Part shown: positions 26,801-39,790 of the stretch, piece after piece
Position numbering within the stretch: the stretch's first letter is position 1
Layout of the letters: every line of letters starts with the position of its first letter
Assembly: GCF_018350175.1 (NCBI RefSeq)
Contig: NC_058373.1
Span: forward strand, 116,996,001 to 117,060,000
Source of the DNA: Felis catus
Taxonomy: Eukaryota
DNA length: 64,000 bases
Reading direction: 5' to 3'
Notes under the pieces: model-generated
Seen by the model: only the letters and a program-made list of their open reading frames with translations
Databases searched by the model: none
What the model was told of the DNA's origin: nothing
Position numbers and translations under genes: made by a program

Positions 26801-27600
26801 AGCCTCCGGGGATGGCAGAGGTGGTTCCCGAGTCCCCCTGGGAGGAGGTGATGGTGGCAGTAGCGAGGTGGGAGTGCTGAAAGTCTCATCAGCTGCTTAC
26901 CGCCTCCGCTGCCTTCCAGGGGACTTCTGGGTCAGAACGGCACAGCCCAGATAAAGCTCCCTCCACGGAGACCCTGGTCCCAATCCCTGTGCTGTTTATG
27001 GGCGAGGAGCTATTTGGTGAGTTCAGGGTAGTTCGAATGGTTGGACCAGACCCGCACTCTCCGCACAATGACTCGAGGGGAAAATCCCCCACCGGGACAT
27101 TTCCCCCAGAATCTTCCACTCACACAGATTGGAGGCTGGCACAGACCATAGGCGTGTGGTTGATAGGAGCCAAACTCCCCCCCCCACCGAGACACCAAAC
27201 TCCCTTTTGTGCTAGTCCCTGAGTGACTTTTGGGTTCCTTCCTTTGGCCTCCGTATTTGACGATTCTTCTTTCAGACCATTCACGGCGTATCCCAAGGTA
27301 GGTCTTTAGAGTTCGACGTGTTTCTCTTTTGAGAGCTGATTCTCAAGAAGCCCACTCCCCAAAGATCACCTCTGTGGACTCCTCTCAACATCCATCTCTA
27401 CTCCTGGCGACCTGTGGACCTGCCCACGCGAAGGCCGCTGTGACCCAGGTGTCAGCTCAGCGAGGAGAGAGGGGAGGCGAGCAGAGCGACAGGGCAGGCG
27501 TCCCCCCCTTCACAGCTCTGCGGGGAGCAGCCGTGGGCCGCCCAGCAGGACTCTGGCTCTGGCTGAGGCTGAGGTTTATTCGGTTCTATTTACAAGTGAA
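23900..27600 (-). pseudogene. Candidate decayed intronless gene or retrocopy of unknown identity (CpG-rich unique block)
   Basis: No recognisable SINE or L1 inside; visibly CpG-rich at 24200-24850 and 26400-27560. A minus-strand frame from ATG 27395 (MDVERSPQR*SLGSGLLENQLSKEKHVEL*RPTLGYAVNGLKEESSNTEAKG...) continues in frame into ORF 26889-27119 with three intervening stops. No family confidently recognised. Confidence 0.3.
25233..26147. repeat. Long compound (CCT)n/(CTT)n polypyrimidine-polypurine tract ending in (TTCTTG)n
   Basis: Only C and T on the + strand from about 25233 to 26112; recurrent ccccttcttcttcttctt modules among cct arrays. Confidence 0.97.
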
Positions 27601-27977
27601 CACAATACCACCCCCTCTCCTTAGCCACTTAGCTCCTGTTACTCTAAGAGGAGCTGAGATATGAGCAGTGTTCCACACTTCCTCCCACGAGATCGGATAA
27701 AAGAAGAACCAATTCGGTGACTCAGGGCTTCCTTCTCCCACTGACAATCCCACCCTCCAGCCCGAGGGGTGCACACCTTCCCAGGATTGCACTAACCCCA
27801 TCCCGGAGGCTGGAAGGATTCTCTAATCAGGGCGGGGGAGGGAGTGAGTCCTGCCTCCTCCAGCCCGGTCAAGTGCTTTTCCCCCCCTGGGGGCCTAGCC
27901 TGGTGTAAAGGGTGTCAAACCATTTATTTCCCTAGTCTGGAAGCCCGGGGACTTTCTAGGTATTAAAGGGAGTTTTT

Positions 27978-28199
27978 AAAAAAAATTTTTTTTTCAACGT
28001 TTTTATTTATTTTTGGGACAGAGAGAGACAGAGCATGAACGGGGGAGGGGCAGAGAGAGAGGGAGACACAGAATCGGAAACAGGCTCCAGGCTCCGAGCC
28101 ATCAGTCCAGAGCCCGACGCGGGGCTCGAACTCACAGACCGCGAGATCGTGACCTGGCTGAAGTCGGACGCTTAACTGACTGCGCCACCCAGGCGCCCC
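27978..28199 (-). mobile_element. CanSINE SINEC_Fc (young)
   Basis: TSD aagggagttttta. Confidence 0.95.
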
Positions 28200-29094
28200 T
28201 GAAGGGAGTTTTTAATCAAATGCTGCGATTGGGTAGAAGCTAGCAAAATTGAAGTGATTATTATGCCTAAATGTAGAACATCTATTCCAAACCCTCATAG
28301 AAATGAGGTGGGTTTTTTTTGTTTTGTTTTGTTTTGTTTTAAATCATCCATTTGTTTTATCCTTGCTTCCTTTTTTTCAGGGGTGTTGACTTAGAATTCT
28401 ATTTCTTCGAGTCCCACCAAGACTCTGGTCTGTGGCTCGTGTTGTGCTGTCTTACCAGACATGTGACATTTTTGATTGTGTTTCCGGATGTCGTCCACTT
28501 CACGGCCCATTCTTTTTTCTGGCCTCCACAGACTCCTTGTCCGGGTTCTCAGCCCGGCGGTCTGCTGAGCGTGAGGCTTAGGAAAAGGGAGAAAAAAAAA
28601 AAAACAAGACTAGAGCCCCTGAGCTGTAAGGCCTCACAGGGAAAAACTCACTGTGCGTTTATGGGAGAAAGCTATCTTCACTCCCCCTCTTGGAAAAGAC
28701 AAAAATGAAAGAGCGTGGACATCTAACAGCCAAGTCTGAACTTTGTTTTATTCGGGAGTGAAAGATTTGACCGGAAAAAGGAGGAAGAGTCAGTAAAGAG
28801 GACCGGTGGAAAGCACAGGCTTTAATGGAGACAGAGCCAGCTCTGCTGGGTGATTAAAGGGAACTGACTTAACCTCTCTGAACGTCTGTATTCTCCTCTA
28901 GAAGGCAAGTGGGATAACTCCTCACAGCGGAGTGAAGATTAGCGGACGGGTGCTTAGCACACAGCCTGACACGGAGAGGCAGATAAAAATCACAATCCCC
29001 CCAAACTAAAAGTGAACCCAGCAATTGGAGTGCTTCCTTCTCTCCTTCCCTCCCTTCCTTCTGTCCTTCCTTCCTTCTTTCATTCCCCCTTCCT

Positions 29095-29620
29095 TTTTAT
29101 GGTGGTAAGATAGCCACAACATAAAATTTTAACCAGTTTTAAGCGTGTAATTAAATACATTCATGTACGTACATTAAATGTACATTAAATACATTCACGT
29201 TGGCACGTGAGCGTCGCGACTGGCCATGTCCAGAACGTTATCGTCACCTCGGACAAACTCTGTGTCCATTAAACACGAATTCCGCATTACTTCCTCTGCA
29301 TCTGGGGACCGCTCTCCCACTTTCTGTCTCTGTGCGCTTGACTCCTCTAGGTACCTCGTGTAAGTGGGATCATGCAGTGACCCCACTTGGTGCCTGGCTC
29401 ACTCTCGTAGCAAAATGTCCTCAAGGTTCATCCAGGTGGTAGCCTGGGTGAGAATTCTCCTCCTTTTTATGGCCGAGTAACGTTCCCCTGTGGGATTGTA
29501 TCGCATTTTGTTTACCCCTTCATCTGTTGCTGGACATTAGGCTGCTTGCCCCTCTTGGCTATTATGAATAAGGCTGCTAGGAACACTGGACAGATCTCTG
29601 TTTGAGTCCTGCTTTCTGAA
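29095..29620 (-). mobile_element. L1MB-like 3' UTR fragment
   Basis: actcctctaggtacctcgtgtaagtgggatcatgcagt...tcctcaaggttcatccaggtggtagc...tggctattatgaataaggctgct. Confidence 0.75.
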
Positions 29621-29630
29621 CAGCACTTTT

Positions 29631-29841
29631 ATTTTTTTTTCAACATTTATTTATTTTGGGGACAGAGAGAGACAGAGCATGAACGGGGGAGGGGCAGAGA
29701 GAGAGGGAGACAGAATCGGAAGCAGGCTCCGGGCTCTGAGCCATCAGCCCAGAGCCCGACGCGGGGCTCGAACTCACGGACCACGAGATCATGGCCTGGC
29801 TGAAGTCGGACGCTCAACCGACTGCGCCACCCACGTGCCCC
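29631..29841 (-). mobile_element. CanSINE SINEC_Fc (young)
   Basis: TSD tgaacagcactttta. Confidence 0.95.
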
Positions 29842-30477
29842 TGAACAGCACTTTTAAAAAGATGTGGTTCGTCATGAAGAATTATCCACAATTTGGAAGT
29901 AGGCACATTTGGATGTGCACTGGATGTGCATCCCGTGCAGGGCTGGGTTCTGTTCAACGCGTCTGTCCTGTGTCAGGGCGCTCTGACTTTCCAGGGGTGT
30001 TTGCGGTGGTTTGATTTCCTGGTTATGCTCGACGCAGTTACTTTACGACTCCGTAAAGGTGGAGGGTGCAGGTTAAGAATAAGCACCCAGGAGCGTTCCA
30101 AGGGATTCTTGTCCAGGTGCAGTGCGCATGATTACTGCCCAGGAGGAAAGAAAGTTAACTCAAAGGTTGCAGTTAATGCGTTGGAAGATATTTTAGCAGG
30201 TCTACCGGAGACAGGGAAAGAAATAGAAAGTCTGTATCGTTTTAATAAGGACGGTTTTTCTTCTTGGTCCATCTTGCCCCGCTTCCCCAAGAGTCCACAG
30301 CAGTGTTCGTTCTGTGGACGTGCTTGTCTCTTCATCGACCAGATGTTGCCCCTAAACTGCCCTTCTTGAGGCCAGACTTGGCCTTGGGCAAAACAGCCAA
30401 GAAACCCTTGCTCGTGTGCTAATGACACATTGGAGACATCTTCTTGTTCAGGCTCTTACCCGAACTTTTACTTTTCT

Positions 30478-30529
30478 TTTTCTTTAATTTTATTTGCTTT
30501 GAGAGAGAGTGAGTGAGTGGAGGAGGGGC

Positions 30530-30560
<31 letters not shown>

Positions 30561-30730
30561 GAAGGAAGGGAAAGAGGGAAGGGAAGGAGGCAAGGGAAGG
30601 GGCAGAGAGAGAGAGGGAGGGAGAGAATCGCAAGCAGGCTCCACGCTGCCAGTGCAGATCCCGGCTCGGGGCTTGAACCCAGGAACCAAGAGTCGGACGC
30701 TTAACCGACTGAGCGCCACCCAGGAGCCCC
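30478..30730 (-). mobile_element. CanSINE (older) with expanded purine tract
   Basis: TSD ttttacttttct. Confidence 0.9.
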
Positions 30731-30911
30731 TGAGTTTTTACTTTTCTCCTCGGCTCAGTTTGAGGCAGTTTCCCTCTATCAGGGACATCTACATTTTAGG
30801 CTTCCCAGCTGGAACCTAAGTAAGCTCAGAGAAAGCTCAGATAAAGGAATTTCAGGCTTTATAAACCCATGCAATGTTTCAGCAGATGTTTCCTAAGCAC
30901 CTGTAATATAA

Positions 30912-30961
30912 TTTTTATTTTATTTTATTTTATTTTATTTTATTTTATTTTATTTTATTTT
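30912..30961. repeat. (TTTTA)n microsatellite
   Basis: Seen directly. Confidence 0.95.
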
Positions 30962-30975
30962 AAATGCTATCTTCA

Positions 30976-31177
30976 GGGGCGCCTGGGTGGTGCAGTCGGT
31001 TAAGCATCCGACTTCAGCCAGGTCACGATCTCGCGGTCCGTGAGTTCGAGCCCCGCGTCGGGCTCTGGGCTGATGGCTCGGAGCCTGGAGCCTGTTTCCG
31101 ATTCTGTGTCTCCCTCTCTCTCTGCCCCTTCCCCGTTCATGCTCTGTCTCTCTCTGTCCCAAAAATAAATAAACGTT
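30976..31177 (+). mobile_element. CanSINE SINEC_Fc (young)
   Basis: TSD taaatgctatcttca. Confidence 0.95.
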
Positions 31178-31820
31178 AAATGCTATCTTCAGCCAGTATT
31201 GAGGCTCTAGCTAGCGGCCGGTCAGCTTCCCGTTTCGAGCAGCTGATTAAATCCACACTGCCAACCACTTCCCTTAGGGGTTCCTGGACTCCAGGGTGCT
31301 GTGTCCCTGTCACATTGCCCTCAGGCCAGGTACCTGGCAGCTAGGGAAGCCCCTATGCCCTGGAGCCCGCAAAATGATTCAAGGTGACCGATCCACGGAG
31401 AGCCTGAGAAACCTAGCTAAGCCTACCCCACTCGCCATTCACAAGCTGCGCCCTACAGTTCCAGCTCCTGCTGCCCTGTCCCCGTCCCTGGGTGCAGCCC
31501 CGTGTATGGCCAGCCTGTAAACAGAGCTCTGCCTTCCGTCCTCCCTCGTGTCACTGTGTTGTGTCCCACCACTGAGAGGGAGTCCCACAGCACTTCCCAC
31601 GTGTCAGGGACTCTGCTGCATCTCGAGGGAATGTGGGCAAAGGGGAAATGGTCTCTGACCTCGAGGAGATTACAATCTAGTGGGAGAAACACCAATCCTT
31701 ACATGAAGAGGTAAAGAAGAAAGTGCAGTGTCTTCAAGCTCCAGAGCATGAGGACCTGAGAACCCCACCAGGGCGTGGTTGTTTGGGGATTGGAGGCTTT
31801 TGGGTCAAGAACACTTATTC

Positions 31821-32526
31821 TTTTTTTTTTTTTAAGTTTTATTTATTTACTTGAAAGAGACAGAGACAGCATGAACAGGGAAGGGGCAGAGAGAGAGAGA
31901 GAGAGGGAGGGAGAATCCCAAGCAGGCTCCATGCTGCCAGTGCAGAACCCGATGCAGGGCTTGAACTCACAAAACTGGGAGATCATGACCTGAGTCAAAA
32001 CCAAGAGTCAGACGCTGAACCAACTGAACCACCCAGGTGCCCCAAGAACCCTTATTCTTTTCTTTTTCTTGTTTTTTTTTTTTTTTTAATTTTTTTCAAC
32101 GTTTATTTATTTTTGGGACAGAGAGAGACAGAGCATGAACGGGGGAGCGGCAGAGAGAGAGGGAGACACAGAATCGGAAACAGGCTCCAGGCTCTGAGCC
32201 ATCATCAGCCCAGAGCCCGACACGGGGCTCGAACTCCCTGACCGAGAGATCGTGACCTGGCTGAAGTCGGATGCTTAACCGACTGCGCCACCCAGGCGCC
32301 CCTCTTTTTTTTGTTTTTAATGTCTGTTTGTTTTTCAAAGAGAGAGAGAACGTGCACACACACAAACAGGGGAGGGGGAGAGAGAGGGAGACACAGAATC
32401 CGAAGCAGGCTCCAGGCTCCGAGCTGTCAGCACAGAGCCGGACGCGGGGCTCGAACTCAAGGACCGCAAGATCATGACCTGAGTCGAAGTCAGATACTTA
32501 GCCAACTGAGCCACCCAGGCACCCCC
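31821..32526 (-). mobile_element. Cluster of three head-to-tail CanSINEs (31821-32043, 32070-32302, 32305-32526)
   Basis: Three full bodies in the same orientation; cttattctt recurs at three junctions. Confidence 0.93.
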
Positions 32527-32845
32527 AAATCCTTATTCTTGATTGGAGTCTTCATTTCTGCCGAGAATCCTGCTTTCTCTTTCAACAGATCAGACATATT
32601 TCCCTCCCCTAGTTCATTTTATAAGTTAGGTTTGTGTATCATGTTAGTTTAGTGATGGGCAGGGCAGGGTGTGGAAAAGAGAGAAGATCGTGAGTGAGCA
32701 GGAGGGGGTCAAAGTAATATGTTGAGATTTTAGAACCAGCTCTCCTCTTGCCTCGGGAAAGGGGCCCTCTCTCTTCTAAGCCAAGCTGTATTTTGTCCTT
32801 CTCAGCCAGAGAATAAGGTCTATTCTTTTTTTGTTATTATTGTTT

Positions 32846-33067
32846 TTTTTTTTAATTTTTTTTTCAACGTTTATTTATTTTTGGGACAGAGAGAGACAAA
32901 GCATGAACGGGGGAGGGGCAGAGAGAGAGGGAGACACAGAATAAGAAACAGGCTCCAGGCTCTGAGCCATCAGCCCAGAGCCCGACACGGGGCTCGAACT
33001 CACGGACCGCGAGATCGTGACCTGGCTGAAGTCGGACGCTTAACCGACTGCGCCACCCAGGCGCCCC
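32846..33067 (-). mobile_element. CanSINE SINEC_Fc (young) in an L1 tail
   Basis: TSD tgttattattgtttt. Confidence 0.95.
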
Positions 33068-33079
33068 TGTTATTATTGT

Positions 33080-33332
33080 TTTAACTCAAGTTAGTTAACA
33101 CACATTGTAGGCTTGGCTTCAGGAGTAGAACCCAGTGATCGATCTCTTACGTATGACACCCAGTGCTCATCCCGAAAAGTGCCCTCCTTGATGCCCATCG
33201 ACCATGCAACCCATCCCCCTACCCACCTCCCCTCCAGCAACCCTTTTGTTCTCTGTATTTCATAGTCTTATGGTTTGCCTCCCTCTGTTTTCATCTTATT
33301 TTTCCTTCCCTTCCCCTATGGTCATCCTCTGA
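33080..33332 (-). mobile_element. Carnivore L1 3' end
   Basis: tcttacgtatgacacccagtgctcatcccgaaaagtgccctccttgatgcccatc...ttccttcccttcccctatgg. Confidence 0.8.
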
Positions 33333-34364
33333 GTTGGCACAGCTGTTGACTGTTCACCAATCGTGTTTTCCACCTTTTCGTCACCATTTGTCATGACTGA
33401 AAGAATCTGTGCCTGGATCTGCTCACTTTCTTGTAGCCCTGATAAGGACTCAACTCCCCGGAGCCAGAATTATGAGCTAGAGGCAGGGGTGTCTGGACAC
33501 ACAGGGCCAGGGTGGTGCAAGGACAAGGTCAGCACCCTAGAGTGATGCCTCCTCACTTTGTGTGTCCTAACCACCTCACCCGCCTGGCCCTGGCCCTGCT
33601 ATTCCCATCCTGGGGAAATGGACACTTGGCCAGTCAAGAAACTCTCCAGTGTCGTCTCCCTCCCTCAGTACAATCCTCAACTGGGCTCAGGCAACTTCAC
33701 TCAACCCCCTTGACGCCCCTCGACCCTGGCCTTTCTTCTAACTCGCCTGTTGGAAGAAATAATTTTGACACTGTAAACAAATTGAAGAAAACAAACGTTT
33801 CTACTTTACTAACATGACCAAGTCCATTCCCCACCCCACCCCCCTCATAAAGTTGCCAGACTAACTCAGTCCATGCTAAAGACGTGTGACATTGATTTCT
33901 GGAATGCCTGAGTGAGGAAATATGACAGCCATCTCTGGATTTTGGAAATTAAAAATACTCTTCACTGCAGTTCCTACAAGAGCAAATTCTGGAAGAGGCA
34001 GCTTACTGTTTTGGGAGCTCAAGTGGTGGAAAGAGGGCAGAGCACATGGGGAAAGCCGTGGTGGTTCTCCCCAGATTTCATGAGGGCTCCCTTGGGGGGT
34101 CAGTAGGATTCAAGGGGGATTTGAGGAGGAATAATAATTGAGGCTTTTGAAGGGTTTGAAACACAAACGAGGGCTGCAACGTTAATAATACAGTACATTC
34201 CTTTGAACACAGAGGAGTTCAAAGCTGTTCTTGTGGGATATTAACTATTGTTTCTGGTGCCAGCTGCTAGCACAGAAGACCCTCCCCTTTGGCCTTGGTT
34301 TTCACCCGTAGAGCATCTCTCTTTGGCCACAGAGGAGGACTTGTGCTTAATAGTTGGATAAAAC

Positions 34365-34447
34365 TCCTTCCTTCTTTCCCTCCTACTCCCTCTTTCTCCC
34401 TCTGTTTCTCTTTCTCCCTCTCTTTCTCTCTCTTTCTCTTTCTTTTT

Positions 34448-34546
<99 letters not shown>

Positions 34547-34575
34547 TTTCTCTTCTCTATTTCTCTGCCTCTGCC
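34365..34575. repeat. (TTTC)n tetranucleotide microsatellite within a CT-rich tract
   Basis: Core at about 34445-34545. Confidence 0.95.
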
Positions 34576-35289
34576 TTTCACTTTCTTCAGAAATGCATGC
34601 GATCCTAAATTCAAGGAAGGGAAATTGGCCACTTCATCCCTTACTGGTCATTAGAAAACAGTTCATTCGCTGTTGAGGTTGAAGTGATTAAGGTGTGAGC
34701 CATGTCGGTAGCAGTGAATTGTGCTTCAATATGGCCTTCGTGGAATACCCCAGGTAAAGTAGCTCCACTGTCTACCACTCTCATCCGCTATCTGAAACTT
34801 TTCTTTTTCTGTGTAAGAGTTGATGGTCTGTCCCTCCTGAGAGAAATTAAACTGCAGTGACTTTGCCTTATGCATGTAGCACTGTGCACATCACATCAAT
34901 TAATGTTGGCTAAATGAGTGGACGAATAAATGCGTGAAGGGGTTGCATTTCAACAATGAGTAATTTAAATAAGTAGATACTAATGCGTTGAAATTCTTTT
35001 ATTGAGTCATTGTTCCATGTAAAGTATATTTGGAGACATATGCCAGGCAGAGTGGTAGGCACTGAGGATAAGACAATGAACAAGACCAACATGGCTCCTG
35101 CCTCATGGGGCTTAGAGTCTAGTAGGAAATACAAGCAATAAACAAGTAATTCCAGGGTACTGTGTTTTTTGGAAGATGGAACTTTAATTTTGTTTTGGGG
35201 GAAAACAATTGTAAAACATGAAGGCCGCTGGGTATAGCTTGACAAATTCCTGAAAGAAGCCTAGGGTTTCTGGCAGGCCATTGTCCATT

Positions 35290-35815
35290 AGAAGTTGCTT
35301 TTGCTTGCATATAATGGAATCTCTATGATGGAAATGTAACCAAATTGGGATTTACTTTTCCTCCTGTAGAAACAGGGTGGTTGGGCAGCCCAAGGCAGGT
35401 GCAGTGGCTCCATGATGTCGTCAGTGTTTCAGGATCTTTCTCTCCTTCTGCTCTGCCATCACAAGCATCAGACTTTACTCCTCAAGGCTGCAAAAGGGCT
35501 GCTCCAACTCGGGTCCCATATTCACTTTCCATCCATTACGAAGAAAAAGGAAGTGATAAGGCGGAAAGGGGGGTGCCTATCTTGGGAAATTAAAATCTTT
35601 CTTGAAGTCACCAGAGACTTCTTCCAAAACTGTGTCATGTGGTCATTGTCAGATGCAAGGAGCTGGGGAACTATAGCTTCTCTACTTTGGGTAAAAGCTG
35701 TATCTGGGGGAGAGAGAATGGCAAATGCTACTCCATTGCAAAATGGTTTCTACTCCCAAAGGAAAAGAGGAGAATAAATACTGGGTACACAATGAGCAAT
35801 TAGCAGTCTTCCACA
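35290..35815 (-). mobile_element. MaLR LTR relic (MLT1-like)
   Basis: gcagtggctccatgatgtcgtcagtg...tccttctgctctgccatc...tgcaaggagctgggga. Confidence 0.5.
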
Positions 35816-36067
35816 GAGTACTCATTCCCTCCCAAGCTTGTTCAGATGGCCTCACTGTGAGTTAGTGACTGGAAACAAGAACTTAGTGAGTCACACAGGA
35901 GGACACATTGTCAGGGGCGCCTGGATGCCTCCGTCAGGAGACCACATCTTTAGGATGCTGGGGTTTCAGCAGTTGGTAACAACAGACTCAAGCATCAGCA
36001 GCAGAAGCAGTGATATGCCGTTGCCCAACAATGCACCTGGTTAGTGGCGGCAGCAACCAGTATCTGG

Positions 36068-36510
36068 TGTGTGTTATATTAAACAGGAAAAAGGTTAGAA
36101 TGATACACTAGGAGAGACCCCAAAATACAGTGTCTTGAGCAAGATGGAAATTTACTTCCCTTCTATGTAACATGCTAGAGTAAGCTGTCCAGGGCTATTT
36201 GAACAGCTGTCATTTTCACCTTGTGGCTTCCATCCCAGGATAAGAAGGCCACCCAGTTATCTTTACATCTTGACCAGAAGGGAGGGGAAAAGGCCAGAGG
36301 TGTATGTGCCAAATTTGCAAAAGCAAGGGCTGGAAATGGCACACACATCACTTCTGCTCATATCTCATTGGCCAGAAGCGGTCATGTGACTCCCTGGATG
36401 CAAGTGACACTGGGAAATGTAGTCTTAATACAGTATGTACCCCACTGAAACTATATAACTAAGTAAGGAGAGGAGAATGGATCTTAGCAGACAACAACAA
36501 CCTCTCCTAC
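36068..36510 (-). mobile_element. MaLR LTR relic (MLT1J/K-like)
   Basis: ggaaatggcacacatcacttctgctcatatctcattggccagaagcggtcatgtgact...ctgggaaatgtagtctt. Confidence 0.6.
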
Positions 36511-36811
36511 TTGTGAGGTCCCCTAGCCTCAAGGGGGTATCTTGATTCCATTAGTGATTCAGGAATGTCCAGGTCTGGCTTTTTGTGCGTTAGTAAGATT
36601 TGGAGTCCGTAAGAGGATGAAGATCCCAGAAATAAATGAATGAAGTGAAATGGGCAGATAGGAGCTCAAGTGTTGAACTAGTGGCTAAGTCATGAAACTG
36701 CTGGGTAAGAATTGAACTACTGGATACTATAGGAAGGCTTTTACTTGTATTCCGTTCTGCAAAGCGGAGCTCCAAGTCTCAATAGTAAAATGTGATGATT
36801 AATAAAGCGAC

Positions 36812-37360
36812 CTATCTTAGCCTGGGCGCTCCAGGAAACAGAGCCTAAGGCAAGGATTAAAGTGCTAACCCTTTTTTTTAAGGGAGGTGCAACCCCAAAG
36901 CAGGAAGAGTAAACAAAAAAGAAATGAAGCAAGGAAGACGGGATGCGATGTAATGCAATACATTACCGTACTAGTCACCGCTTCAATGAGCTACAAAGAG
37001 ACAAGGGACACAGCTCGACGCAAGGGACTCAGCAGATGTGTTCAGTCAGCATCCAGGACTTCTCCTGGGAGGGTTTTAAAGAGAAACCATACCCTGGAGT
37101 AGCTAACAGGCAAAAAAGAGGAGGGAGACTTTATCTGTCTTCGTCCCTTTTGTATTGTAGTTGTCATTGATTAAGGTTCACCATGCACGAAGCATGAGCT
37201 GGCCCCTCAACCGCCACTCAGATTGGCCAGATTCCACGCTCTGCAATACGATGTTCTTAAGTCTGCAAGTGGAAGAGTGACTTGCTATAGGTAGGAAGCC
37301 AATCAAGAGAGAAAAAGAAGGAGGTGGTCAAAGGAATTTGAGAAAACGCACAGGTTCCTG
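36812..37360 (-). mobile_element. ERVL solo LTR (LTR40-like)
   Basis: tcttagcctgggcgctccaggaaacagagcctaaggcaaggattaaagtgctaacc...gggaggtgcaacccc. Confidence 0.55.
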
Positions 37361-39319
37361 TCCTGAATACAAGAATATCCAGGCTGTGATGGAACTTACA
37401 GGTTCCAAAAGACCTACTCTGGTCTGAAGCGTCAGCCGAGTCATTTCTTTCCCCCGGCCATTTGGCTGCCAAGGGGGTGAACGAGATATAGCCTTAGACA
37501 TATTCCTAAGAGTTCCTGTATTGTTGGAGCAACCAGGACAACAGGACTTAGCTTATCACCTCCCTACTGGGAGTACCTAGGAGTTTTTGATATAGATCAT
37601 CTTTTGGCTGAAGCATTATTGTCATCTGGTACAGGTTGAGTGTAGAGAATAGTGCATCAGAGACACCAGAGACATGTGCTACTTTCACTGCTCCACACTG
37701 AGAAAGAAAAATATAAATACACGAATAACATCACAACACAGCATGTGCTAAGTGCCGGATGAGTGATTGAGAATTCAGAGGATACAATTAGTAGGGTTTG
37801 CCGGGAGAGGAGACTGCTTCGTGGAGGTGGTCAGGTTTGATCTGGACCTTGAAAGAAAGGATAAATCTTGAACTACTGGGTACTATAGTAAGTATCTGGA
37901 ATACCTCTGCAAACATACAGGGGTTAGGTATGTTTGGACTAGGAGGAGGGCATTCTGGGTTGGGGGAAGGCACAGACAAAGATACAGTTGTTGGAAAGTA
38001 CATGGTGAACAACAGCAGAAAGAAACGATGAGTATCTGCCTTTGTCTGAAGGAAAGATCGAGAAACCGCCGTAAGATGGGTTGGATCTTAAATTGTGGAT
38101 ATTCTTAAATACTAAGATGTGGAATTTGGATCATTTCCCTAAAGGCAATGGAGAGTTGCTGAGGGTCTTTAGCATTCTAAGAACGGGACATTGGAGGACA
38201 ACTTTTGATGGGTCGGGAGGAGGAAGTTGGAAAACGTCCCATCATGGAAACCATCCCTTAAAAAGGACCCTTAACCAAATAGGTCGTACCCACTTGGCCA
38301 AAGAGGATGGTTAAGTGGAGTGGGTCCGCGGGGTCGTGTATTTCAGGGGGTGTGAATTGCAGGAAGGAAAAGCATGGGGGAAATGAAGATGATTTTTCTA
38401 CGTTGTTGTTTTGCCAAGCTTCCGCTCTGAACAGACCAAAGATCTGGTCAGCCCTGATTCACGTGGAGTCCTTCAAATGCTCCGTGGGCGGCTTCATCCG
38501 CGCAGGAGAGGTCTGCCTTGAGGAACCGCAGGAAGTAGTCTTACTCTGATTTTATGGCTCTGTACTCCAGGTTTCTTTTCAGCCCCGCACAATTCTGTGG
38601 CACCTGTCTTCCTGTTAGGCCAACTGTCAGATGTGAGCGTAAGACCTTTGTTCAAACCCACTCTGTGAAAGGTTATTTTCCAGTTTATTCCTTTTCTAAT
38701 CACGTACCTGCTGCTAATCTTCCGTGCGGTTAATTCTAGGGCTGTCTGCAGATTGTGCCGCGGGTGTTTTATAACTGTTACAACGTACTTTTCAAAAGCG
38801 TTTGGGATGTTTTTCCTGTAGTAACTTACCCTTCTAGAAAGTCTTTAGTTGCTGCCCACACACCGCATGAGTCACAACAGAACTCGATTCAGAGCTAGTA
38901 AAACCTTTAAGAATAGAACTGTTATTGGTGGAAAAGACTTAGTGCAGGAGCAACTAAGGAGGATTTGATTCAATTTGGGCTTAAAAACAGAACATTATCT
39001 TCAAATAAAAATTTTCTTTCCATCTCAAATCTATATGTTTAGAGAAAATACGTTACTACTCAGAGGAACTTCCAGTAAAATCAAAGAAAGAAAAAATTGA
39101 TTCCAGAATTAAGGGGTAATTTACTTCAATTTTACTTGATGTCTGGAGGACAGGAGCACTTTTCTAGATCTGGAAAGAAAAGAAGGCTCCAAACTTGTTA
39201 GGACAGATTGCCAGAACCACACAACAAGTCCACTTTTTTTGTTTGCCTAAGGCAATTCACAGAATATTCTCGTTTGTAACATTCACACCCAGGTCTTGTA
39301 GGACAATGAATCAGTCCTT

Positions 39320-39790
39320 GTCCTGGTTACCATTGCTGTAAAACGAATTATTCCAGGGGCAGAAATTCCAAAGGGCTTGGCTGGGTAGTTCTCACTTGGT
39401 GTTTCTCACGGAATTGCTGTCAGATGTCTACCGTGGTTGCGATCATTTGAAAGTTCAACTTGACTGGATGGATGTCCAGGATGGCTTGTCACACGGCTGG
39501 CCACTGACGCTCCCTGTTAGGCTGGCAAGAGTGAATACACTTTGGCCTCTCCAGTGGGACAGTCCCAGAATAGTCGGGTTTCCTTCATGGCAGCTGGCTT
39601 CCCTTGGAGCAAACACCCCAGCAGAACCAGGTAGAAGCTATCTGGCTGTTTCCAGACCAACCACACAGTGCCGGTATTGGTTGAAGCAGTCAGCACCCCA
39701 CCCCCCCACACACACCCAAGGAGAAGAGGCAGAGGCCCCACCTTTGACGAGAGGAGCATCACATAATTTGCAGCCATGAAAGCAAAATCA
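39320..39790 (-). mobile_element. MaLR LTR relic (MLT1G/H-like)
   Basis: aagggcttggctgggtagttctcacttgg...tgactggatggatgtccaggatggc...tccttcatggcagctggcttccc. Confidence 0.6.

Noticed and set aside
34267..34654. KKER-rich and FFLS-rich ORFs
   Set aside because: Translation of a (TTTC)n microsatellite.
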